Source of the DNA: Paragordius varius
Taxonomy: Eukaryota; Animalia; Nematomorpha
Direction: 5' to 3'
NCBI GenBank assembly: GCA_964247055.1
Contig: OZ176054.1
Location: forward strand, 4,650,001-4,714,000
Length of the DNA: 64,000 nucleotides
Program-made: the position numbers and the translations under genes
The notes under the pieces: model-generated
What the model was told of the DNA's origin: nothing
Seen by the model: only the letters and a program-made list of their open reading frames with translations
Database searches by the model: none
Shown: piece by piece, positions 26,356 to 37,800 of the stretch
How positions within the stretch are numbered: the first letter of the stretch is position 1
Layout of the letters: the number at the start of each line of letters is the position of its first letter

Positions 26356-26358
26356 ACA

Positions 26359-27113
26359 TTAACCAATTATATAACTATATTTCATCCGTAAATCACTCTC
26401 CATACCCGGTGTGGTATTCAAAACTTCTACTTTTGGGATAAAATTGGTGAGTTTAATTATCTAACATAGATAATAAAAAAATACTTGATTTTTCTTTTCA
26501 CTTACAATTTTAGAGTTCTCATTAACAACTTCATTTGGAGTATTACCATTGATTACATTTTCGAGACTGTTTTGTTTTACATAATTATTTTGATGTTCAT
26601 GACTAAGGTCTCTAACCACTACATCAGGTAAATCTTCAATAGAATAATTCAACGAAATATAAAATAATTTTACTTTAAAATAAAATGATTCGTTTCGATA
26701 AAAAATCTTTTTCCTGAAGGTATTGGGTTGTACTAAATTTTTATTACTTAATGATTTTATTAAACAATTGGTCTCTAATTTATATTAACTAATTTACCTG
26801 ATATTTTAAGAAGAATTTTTTCAGTTGAGTTTAGGACATCATTTAAGGTAATGTTTTTTATATTATCGTCGTCAGTTGGTGTCGATTCATAACTAGATTA
26901 ATTGAAAATATATTACCTTAAAACGTCTTCATCATGTAAAACATGTATGGATTGATTATTTGGAACAAAAATATCCTTTAAATATATTTTGGTTATGGAG
27001 GTATTTAAAGTCTTTGTCAAATAATTAATCAAATGCGATATGGTTAAGATATTATTTGTGTCCACATATATCCATTGTTTTACCGAGTTTTGATCGCATA
27101 AAATTAATCTCAT
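26359..27113 (-). CDS. COIL: Coilin-like protein, 4 exons, ~227 aa
   Basis: Exons 27113-26917, 26892-26798, 26774-26485, 26460-26359 (684 nt, introns 24/23/24 nt). The N-terminus MRLILCD...WIYVDTNN...ISHLINYL...IYLKDIFVPNNQSIHVLHDEDVL fits the coilin N-terminal domain pattern (RLxL..WxxVD..LI..LYL..LP..S..L.D.D.L). The first intron is phase 2 at the end of that domain, as I recall for vertebrate coilin exon 1. The C-terminal similarity is weak. Confidence 0.7.
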
Positions 27114-27487
27114 GGTAAATAAAACAGATGATGCTCTTTTTATTGATACACTGCCGTATTGTAAAATGCTGAAATGGATAAATAGTAACAATGCGTGATT
27201 TTACGGAAACGATTTCAATTATTTATAAAGTCAAATAATCTGGAAAACTTCTTTATAATAAATATCTATTATTAAATTTAACATAAAAGCAATTTTTGGA
27301 CTTTAAAATAAATTAGTGAAAAGCCCCGTCCTTATATTTCAGTGGTACCCACGCGAATAAAGGAGCCCAAAAAATATTCCCTATATAATACCGATCGAAA
27401 TTACATAGCTTACACATTTGCCTATGTTTATACTCCGAATAAATTAAGAAATCCAAAAGATAATTTAGGTAGGAAATTCCTTAGGTC

Positions 27488-27557
27488 GAGTTCGACCCCT
27501 TGGAAATTAAAATGACAAGTTCTCACCACTTGTCTCTTTCCCATGCTATTTCTTTAA
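27488..27557 (-). mobile_element. Short 3'-end fragment of the same RTE family as 18680-20460
   Basis: gagttcgaccccttggaaattaaaatgac.agttctc...cacttgtc..ttcccatg.tatt is near-identical to 18680-18749. Confidence 0.75.
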
Positions 27558-28343
27558 AAAACACTTTTACGGCCCCATGCGGCACGTGAATAGTTGAGGA
27601 TAACTACTGTTATATTTTATATCGTATTTTTATAAATTAAAGTGTTAAAAGCTTTTTGTCATTTTTCAAATTTATTTATTCCACTATTCTATTAGTACAG
27701 AATTTTGGACAGGCACCTAAATGTTGCTTTAATTAAAATAAGGTGAGAAATAGTTCAAAAATTATATTAATAAAAGCGGTAACATGTAGAAAGCCAATTT
27801 ACCAAGGCTATGAACCTTAACTCTTTCCCTAAAATTTTAATAGTAATCGTTATTTTCGGTTAACCTAATAGGTGATAACCTATGTGTTTTCAAAAAGTGA
27901 TTTTATAATTTCTAGTTTAAAGTAGTATTATTATATTATATCATTATTTTTTTTAAGTTATTATGCTAAAGAGAATTTTTGTTTCTGTAATACCTCAATT
28001 GAAACAAAATCAAAGAATAGATTTCTATATTGACCTTTAGCAAACCTACCGATTGTTTAAAGCGTGGCCAATCAATTTATCGATTTTTCATGGAATATCG
28101 GAAACGCCCTATCTCGACTTAAGTAAATGAACCAACCTGGTTTTTGTTTAGCTCTAAAAGAAGATTGATAAATCTTACTTCCTTAATTTGAAATTATATA
28201 GCCACAATTTTATGTTTTAAAAGTTTTGGGTTATGCAGGAGGAAATCAAAAAAAATGTCATTATTAATAAACCTAGTGTCAAAATATAGTTATTTTTAAA
28301 AATAAATTATTAAAATATTTAACCATATACCCTTATTCTAGGT

Positions 28344-29087
28344 CAGTGGTATTCACCAAAAAAATTTGACGGGCCAAATAAAATATATATATTTTTCGAG
28401 GGCCATGAACCTTATAATGTAAATAATCCATAGCTACTCGACATATATGCATATATTTATACTCTAAATCAGCTCAATGAATTTTTTGCGGATCGCATGT
28501 AAATCCAGCTTTTTCCACCATATAATATTTTGATAACAACATTTATTTTGATATTAACAAATAATTTTTGACAAATTTATCATGACTGGCCAATCTTAAT
28601 ACGTCGTCCATATGATCATCGGTTAAGCGATTTGTGTATGTAATCTTGACATATTTTATTTTTAAATATGCCTTCATTTCAATTATGCTATAAACAAAAC
28701 AGGTCGAAATTTAATGATGTTGATATAAAAAATATTTATGGAAATGTATAATAAATGATGCAGGATAGCAATGAAAAGAATATTTATATGCAAGTTTGGG
28801 TGAAAGGCTTGCTATATAAAAAAGGAATGCAAAAAAATTTTAAATGAAAAAAATAATACAGAAACAAAAACATGTGCCAAAATTTTAAATTCATTTTTAT
28901 AGGGAAATTTTTCTACATTTCAAATTGGGTAAAAAATTAAAATTATATCTAAAATAATTAATATTACAATAGGCAAAAATTCGTTTATGTGTATTTTAAA
29001 AATTCATCAAAAATAAAAAACTTAAGTATCAATATGGTCATCGGGCAATTTTAAAGCACGCTTAGGGCCGCAGTTTGAGTACCACTG
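28344..29087 (-). mobile_element. hAT (Charlie/Buster-type) internal-deletion derivative, 744 bp
   Basis: TIRs CAGTGGTATTCA / TGAGTACCACTG (11 of 12 match). 8-bp TSD ttctaggt / ctctaggt (7 of 8, NTCTAGNN-type target). Subterminal GGGCC motifs. A minus-strand remnant KYVKITYTNRLTDDHMDDVLRLAS (~28585-28655) resembles the hAT C-terminal dimerisation region. Confidence 0.85.
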
Positions 29088-29104
29088 CTCTAGGTTAAGA
29101 CAAA

Positions 29105-29620
29105 TTGAGTAAGCAATGGATATAGCAAGAATATTTTTATCTTTTTACTGGACTATTCCGATTTCGATAAAGTGGATTACGGAAAACTAGGGGAAACAAT
29201 AAAGAAAGGCTTTCCTCTCGACATCATTAACTACTTAACAATCTTTACAAAAATCTAAAAGCAGTGATAAGAATTTCAGCAAGCACCCGCAACCCAATAA
29301 ATATAGAAAAAAGGAGATAAAGGATTGCATTTTATCTCCATCATTGTTCAATTAATATTCCGAAAACATCATAAAATAAGAGAAGTAGACTCAGTAGGTA
29401 TTAGAATCGGGGCGAGACCATCAATAACTTGCGTTTCGTCAAAGCAACAATTCTTATTGAAACAAAAGTACAACTTTTAAATATATAAAAAAACGGAGGA
29501 ACAGAAATCCAAGCCCAGAATAATATAACTTACCTTTGACCAAATATTTCAATAAATGGCACATCTACGGTAGACATTAACAGAAGAATGCCAACGGCAA
29601 AAAATGGAACAATTAACTCA
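29105..29620 (+). mobile_element. Decayed RTE-like LINE reverse-transcriptase fragment
   Basis: Broken peptides FLDYS..FDKVDYGKL..KKGFP, KG..GCILSPSLFN, GIRIG..INNLRF and DINRRMPTAK. Confidence 0.7.
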
Positions 29621-30419
29621 AATTCATTATTAAATAGAGAAAATTTCCCAACTCCATTCAAAGGCAATAATTTCCAGTTTTGCAAAATGTGAGTCGTACA
29701 CCCTTACTTGACTGATTGCAACAAAATAACACATATGAATTATGGACTTTTAAGCATATGCCCGGTATACAGTGGGAATTGTTAATGTCAATTTAGTTTA
29801 TATTTTTGTGTGTAAGATACAAAGTGTAGTGATGTTGATATATTCAAATTAGTTTATATTTATATTTTTGAATGTATCATGCAAATGCCGTCATGGATTA
29901 ACTTTAATTTATACTTCTGTTGATTAATATCATGCAAAGCACCCTTACAGAAAATATATATAAGCTCTTTTTTAATAATTGCATTATCATTTTCATTTAC
30001 CATTTCAATGATTTAACCTAACAATAACTTATGATACATAATAATAGGATATTAGTGTATATTAAGCCCAAATAAAGCCTACAAAAAATACATACCCTGA
30101 AACTCTAATTATTCGACCATTTGATGCGAGGTGATAACATAGGTACAAAGAGTCAACATGTTATGCACATTAGAAGGGGCTATAAAACGTGTAAGGTAAT
30201 TGCGATATTAGGCTGATCGAAAAATTACTGAACATTAGTTCCATACTCGCATACAATTTTTGAAAATTAAATATTTTTGCAACAATAAATTAAGTCACTA
30301 TATAAATTGGATTTCAAACATTCCCATATTTCTAAAAAATCCCTTAGTTTAATAACAACTCGGGCATTAGGGACAGCTTTGAACATATCGTTCTTTTGAT
30401 TTATATTTGTTGAATAGAA

Positions 30420-31800
30420 TATTATCTAATGACATATTTTTAAAATATGGTTGATTGTTGGTAATATATAATTGATTTTCAAAAATATATGGTTGATTGT
30501 TGATATATTATTATCTGATGACATATTTTAATATGGTTGGTTGGTAAAAATTTGTTTGATTGTTAAATACACTTAAAGTTTGGTGAAACAATCTAATTGT
30601 TTCAATATTTATTTGAGTTTAGTAAATATATGGGGGTAACTGTTGATTCAAACATTATTGAGGTATATAATTTTTGCGAAAGTTATTTGATTATCAAAAT
30701 ATATAGTTTGGGGTATTTAACCTAATATAATAATAGATAACAATCTGACTTTTACAAAAATTTGACGGAATATGGTTGAATGTTAGAAATACCTGTTTTA
30801 GTTTGGGTGTAGAAATATTTATAGCAGGAATAATTTAATATGATTGCTCTGATTGTTAATTGTTGGAAATAGTTTTTTGATGTGTAATATAATTGATTGT
30901 TGAAAAGGAATGGTTGATTGTTGTATATTCCAATATTAGTATGGGGTAAATTAATTGATTGTTGAAAAGTGATGGTGGATGGTGGATATTCTAATATTAG
31001 CATGGGTAAAATAAATTGATTGTTGAAAATAAATGGTTGATTGTTGGATATTCTAATATTAGCATGAATAATATAAATTGATTGTTGAAAAGTTATGGAT
31101 TTAATGTATATTCTAATATTAGTATGGGGTAAATTAATTGATTGTTGAAAAGTAATGGTTGATGGTGGATACTCTAATATTAGAATGGGTAAAATAAATT
31201 GAATGTTGAAAAGTGATCGTTGATTGTTGGATATTCTAATATTAGCATGGGTAATTTAATTTAATTGTTGAAAAGTTATGGTTGATTGTTGGATATTCTA
31301 ACATAAGCATGGGTAATATAAATTGATTGTTGAAAAGTGATCGTTGATTGTTGGATATTCTAATATTAGTATGAATAATATAAATTGATTGTTGAAAAGT
31401 TATAGTTGATTGTTGGATATTCTAATAATAGCATGGGGAAAATTAATTAACTGTTGAAAAGTGATGGTTAATTGTTTGATATTCTAATATTAGCATGGTT
31501 AATATAAATTGATTGTTGAAAATTTATGGTTGATTAATGGATATTCTAATATTAGCATGGGTAATATAAAGTGATTGTTGAAAAGTGATGGTTGATTGTT
31601 GGATATTCTAATATTAGCATGGGTAAAATAAATTGATTGTTAAAAAGTGATGGTTGATTGTTTTATATTCTAATATTAGCATGGAAATAAAGTGATTGTT
31701 GAAAAGTGATGGTTGATTGTTGAATATTCTAATATTAGGATGGGTAATATAAATTGATTGTTGAAAAGTGATGGTTGATTGTTGGATATTAATATTAGCA
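30420..31800. repeat. Degenerate edge of the satellite array
   Basis: Scattered ggttgattgttg blocks from ~30445. Recognisable but mutated monomers from ~30890 converge on the consensus by ~31800. Confidence 0.85.
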
Positions 31801-34800
31801 TGGAAATAAATTGATTGTTGAAAAGTGATGGTTGATTGTTGGATATTCTAATATTAGCATGGGTAATATAAATTGATTGTTGAAAAGTGATGGTTGATTG
31901 TTGGATATTCTAATATTAGCATGGGTAATATAAATTGATTGTTGAAAAGTAATGGTTGATTGTTGGATATTCCAATATTAGCATGGGTAATATAAATTGA
32001 TTGTTGAAAAGTGATGGTTGATTGTTGGATATTCTAATATTAGCATGAATAATATAAATCAATTGTTGAAAAGTTATGGTTGATTGTTGGATATTTAATA
32101 TTAGCATGGGTAATATAAATTGATTGTTGAAAAGTAATGGTTGATTGTTGGATATTCCAATATTAGCATGGGTAATATAAATCAATTGTTGAAAAGTTAT
32201 GGTTGATTGTTGGATATTTAATATTAGCATGGGTAATATAAATTGATTGTTGAAAAGTGATGGTTGATTGTTGGATATTCTAATATTAGCATGAATAATA
32301 TAAATCAATTGTTGAAAAGTTATGGTTGATTGTTGGATATTTAATATTAGCATGGGTAATATAAATTGATTGTTGAAAAGTAATGGTTGATTGTTGGATA
32401 TTCCAATATTAGCATGGGTAATATAAATTGATTGTTGAAAAGTAATGGTTGATTGTTGGATATTTAATATTAGCATGGGTAATATAAATTGATTGTTGAA
32501 AAGTGATGGTTGATTGTTGGATATTCTAATATTAGCATGGGTAATATAAATTGATTGTTGAAAAGTGATGGTTGATTGTTGGATATTCTAATATTAGCAT
32601 GAATAATATAAATCAATTGTTGAAAAGTTATGGTTGATTGTTGGATATTCCAATATTAGCATGGGTAATATAAATTGATTGTTGAAAAGTGATGGTTGAT
32701 TGTTGGATATTTAATATTAGCATGGGTAATATAAATTGATTGTTGAAAAGTAATGGTTGATTGTTGGATATTTAATATTAGCATGGGTAATATAAATTGA
32801 TTGTTGAAAAGTAATGGTTGATTGTTGGATATTCTAATATTAGCATGAATAATATAAATCAATTGTTGAAAAGTGATGGTTGATTGTTGGATATTTAATA
32901 TTAGCATGGGTAATATAAATTGATTGTTGAAAAGTAATGGTTGATTGTTGGATATTTAATATTAGCATGGGTAATATAAATTGATTGTTGAAAAGTAATG
33001 GTTGATTGTTGGATATTCCAATATTAGCATGGGTAATATAAATTGATTGTTGAAAAGTGATGGTTGATTGTTGGATATTCTAATATTAGCATGAATAATA
33101 TAAATCAATTGTTGAAAAGTTATGGTTGATTGTTGGATATTCCAATATTAGCATGGGTAATATAAATTGATTGTTGAAAAGTGATGGTTGATTGTTGGAT
33201 ATTTAATATTAGCATGGGTAATATAAATTGATTGTTGAAAAGTAATGGTTGATTGTTGGATATTTAATATTAGCATGGGTAATATAAATTGATTGTTGAA
33301 AAGTAATGGTTGATTGTTGGATATTCTAATATTAGCATGAATAATATAAATCAATTGTTGAAAAGTTATGGTTGATTGTTGGATATTTAATATTAGCATG
33401 GGTAATATAAATTGATTGTTGAAAAGTGATGGTTGATTGTTGGATATTCTAACATAAGCATGAGTAATATAAATTGATTGTTCAAAACTAATGGTTGATT
33501 GTTGGATATTCTAATATTAGCATGGGTAATATAAATTGATTGTTGAAAAGTAATGGTTGATTGTTGGATATTCCAATATTAGCATGGGTAATATAAATTG
33601 ATTGTTGAAAAGTGATGGTTGATTGTTGGATATTTAATATTAGCATGGGTAATATAAATTGATTGTTGAAAAGTAATGGTTGATTGTTGGATATTCCAAT
33701 ATTAGCATGGGTAATATAAATTGATTGTTGAAAAGTGATGGTTGATTGTTGGATATTCTAATATTAGCATGAATAATATAAATCAATTGTTGAAAAGTTA
33801 TGGTTGATTGTTGGATATTTAATATTAGCATGGGTAATATAAATTGATTGTTGAAAAGTAATGGTTGATTGTTGGATATTCCAATATTAGCATGGGTAAT
33901 ATAAATTGATTGTTGAAAAGTGATGGTTGATTGTTGGATATTCTAATATTAGCATGAATAATATAAATCAATTGTTGAAAAGTTATGGTTGATTGTTGGA
34001 TATTTAATATTAGCATGAATAATATAAATCAATTGTTGAAAAGTTATGGTTGATTGTTGGATATTTAATATTAGCATGGGTAATATAAATTGATTGTTGA
34101 AAAGTGATGGTTGATTGTTGGATATTCTAATATTAGCATGGGTAATATAAATTGATTGTTGAAAAGTGATGGTTGATTGTTGGATATTCTAACATAAGCA
34201 TGAGTAATATAAATTGATTGTTCAAAACTAATGGTTGATTGTTGGATATTCTAATATTAGCATGGGTAATATAAATTGATTGTTGAAAAGTAATGGTTGA
34301 TTGTTGGATATTCTAATATTAGCATGAATAATATAAATCAATTGTTGAAAAGTTATGGTTGATTGTTGGATATTCTAACATAAGCATGGGTAATATAAAT
34401 TGATTGTTGAAAAGTGATGGTTGATTGTTGAATATTCTAATATTAGCATGGGTAATATAAAGTGATTGTTGAAAAGTGATGGTTGATTGTTGGATATTCT
34501 AATATTAGCATGGGTAATATAAATTGATTGTTTAGAAGTTATGGTTGATTGTTGGATAATCTAATATTAGCATGGGTGATATAAATTAATTGTTGAAAAG
34601 TGATGGTTGATTGTTGGATATTCTAATATTAGCATGGCTAATATAAATTGATTGTTGAAAAATCATGGTTGATTGTTGGATATTCTAATATTAGCATGGG
34701 TAATATAAATTGATTGTTGAAAAGTTATGGTTGATTGTTCGATAATCTAATATTAGCATGGGTAATATAAATTAATTGTTGAAAAGTGATGGTTGATTGT

Positions 34801-37800
34801 TGGATATTTTAATATTAGCATGGGTAATATAAATTAATTGTTGAAAAGTGATGGTTGATTGTTGGATATTCTAATATTAGCATGGGTAATATAAATTGAA
34901 TGTTGAAAAGTCATGGTTGATTGTTGGATATTCAAATATTAGCATGGGTAATATAAATTGATTGTTGAAAAGTGATGGTTGATTGTTGGATAGTCTAAAA
35001 TTAGCATGGGTAATATAAATTGATTGTTGAAAAATCATGGTTGATTGTTGGATATTCTAATATTATCATGGGTAATATAAATTGATTGTTGAAAAGTCAT
35101 AATTGATTGTTGGATATTATAATATTAGCATGGGTAATATAAATTGATTGTTGAAAAGTCATAATTGATTGTTGGATATTCTAATATTAACATGGGTAAT
35201 AGAAATTAATTGTTGAAAAGTGATGGTTGATTGTTGGATATTCTAATATTAGCATGGGTAATATAAATTGATTGTTGAAAAGTTATGGTTGATTGTTGGA
35301 TATTCTAATATTAGCATGGGTAATATAAATTAATTGTTGAAAAGTGATGGTTGATTTTTGGATATTCTAATATTAGCATGGGTATAATAAATTAATTGTT
35401 GAAAAGTGATGGTTGATTGTTGGATATTCTAATATTAGCATGGGTAATATAAATTGATTGTTGAAAAGTTATGGTTGATTGTTGGATAATCTAATATTAG
35501 CATGGGTGATATAAATTAATTGTTGAAAAGTGATGGTTGATTGTTGGATATTCTAATATTAGCATGGGTAATATAAATTGATTGTTGAAAAGTCATAATG
35601 ATTGTTGGATATTCTAATATTAACATGGGTAATATAAATTAATTGTTGAAAAGTGATGGTTGATTTTTGGATATTCTAATATTAGCATGGGTGATATAAA
35701 CTAATTGTTGAAAAGTGATGGGTTGGATAGTCTAATATTAGCATGAGTAATATAAATTGATTGTTGAAAAATCATGGTTGATTGTTGGATATTTCTAATA
35801 TTATCATGGGTAATATAAGTTGATTGTTGAAAAGTCATAATTAATTGTTGAATATTCTAATATTAACATGGGTAATATAAATTAATTGTTGAAAAGTGAT
35901 GGTGATTGTTGGATATTCTAATATTAGCATGGGTAATATAAATTGATTGTTGAAAAGTTATGGTTGATTGTTGGATATTCTAATATTAGCATGGGTAATA
36001 TAAATTAATTGTTGAAAAGTGATGGTTGATTTTTGGATATTCTAATATTAGCATGGGTAATATAAATTAGTTGTTGAAAAGTGATGGTTGATTGTTGGAT
36101 ATTCTAATATTAGCATGGGTAATATAAATTGATATTTGAAAAGTCATGGTTGATTGTTGGATATTCTAATATTAGCATGGGTAATATAAATTAATTGTTG
36201 AAAAGTGATGGTTGATTGTTGGATATTCTAATATTAGCATGAATAATATAAATTGATTGTTGAAAAGTCATGGTTGATTGTTCGATATTCAAATATTAGC
36301 ATGGGTAATATAAATTGATTGTTGAAAAGTTATGGTTGATTGTTGGATAATCTAATATTAGCATGGGTGATATAAATTAATTGTTGAAAAGTGATGGTTG
36401 ATTGTTGGATATTCTAATATTAGCGTGGGTAATATAAATTGATTGTTGAAAAATCATGGTTGATTGTTGGATATTCTAATATTACCATGGGTAATGTAAA
36501 TTGATTGTTACAAAGTCATAATTGATTGTTGGATATTCTAATATTAACATGGGTAATATAAATTAATTGTTGAAAAGTGATGGTTGATTGTTGGATATTC
36601 TAATATTAGCATGGGTAATATAAATTGATTGTTGAAAAGTCATGGTTGATTGTTGGATATTCTAATATTAGCATGGGTAATATAAATTGATTGTTGAAAA
36701 GTGATGGTTGATTGTTGGTTCTAATATTAGCATGAATAATATAAATTGATTGTTGAAAAGTCATGGTTGATTGTTGGATAATCTAATATTAGCATGGGTA
36801 ATATAAATTGATTGTTGAAAAGTTATGGTTGATTGTTGGATAATCTAATATTAGCATGGGTGATATAAATTAATTGTTGAAAAGTGATGGTTGATTGTTG
36901 GATATTCTAATATTAGCATAGCTAATATAAATTGATTGTTGAAAAATCATGGTTGATTGTTGGATATTCTAATATTAGCATGGGTAATATAAATTGATTG
37001 TTGAAAAGTTATGGTTGATTGTTCGATAATCTAATATTAGCATGGGTAATATAAATTGATATTTGAAAAGTCATGGTTGATTGTTGGATATTCTAATATT
37101 AGCATGGGTAATATAAATTAATTGTTGAAAAGTGATGGTTGATTGTTGGATATTCTAATATTAGCATGGGTAATATAAATTGAATGTTGAAAAGTCATGG
37201 TTGATTGTTGGATATTCAAATATTAGCATGGGTAATATAAATTGATTGTTGAAAAGTGATGGTTGATTGTTGGATAGTCTAAAATTAGCATGGGTAATAT
37301 AAATTGATTGTTGAAAAATCATGGTTGATTGTTGGATATTCTAATATTATCATGGGTAATATAAATTGATTGTTGAAAAGTCATAATTGATTGTTGGATA
37401 TTATAATATTAGCATGGGTAATATAAATTGATTGTTGAAAAGTCATAATTGATTGTTGGATATTCTAATATTAACATGGGTAATAGAAATTAATTGTTGA
37501 AAAGTGATGGTTGATTGTTGGATATTCTAATATTAGCATGGGTAATATAAATTGATTGTTGAAAAGTTATGGTTGATTGTTGGATATTCTAATATTAGCA
37601 TGGGTAATATAAATTAATTGTTGAAAAGTGATGGTTGATTTTTGGATATTCTAATATTAGCATGGGTATAATAAATTAATTGTTGAAAAGTGATGGTTGA
37701 TTGTTGGATATTCTAATATTAGCATGGGTAATATAAATTGATTGTTGAAAAGTTATGGTTGATTGTTGGATAATCTAATATTAGCATGGGTGATATAAAT

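Noticed and set aside
27980-28260. Moderately GC-richer stretch that might be a coding or TE remnant (similarly 29690-30300)
   Set aside because: No open frame, TIR, TSD or motif that I could support by eye.
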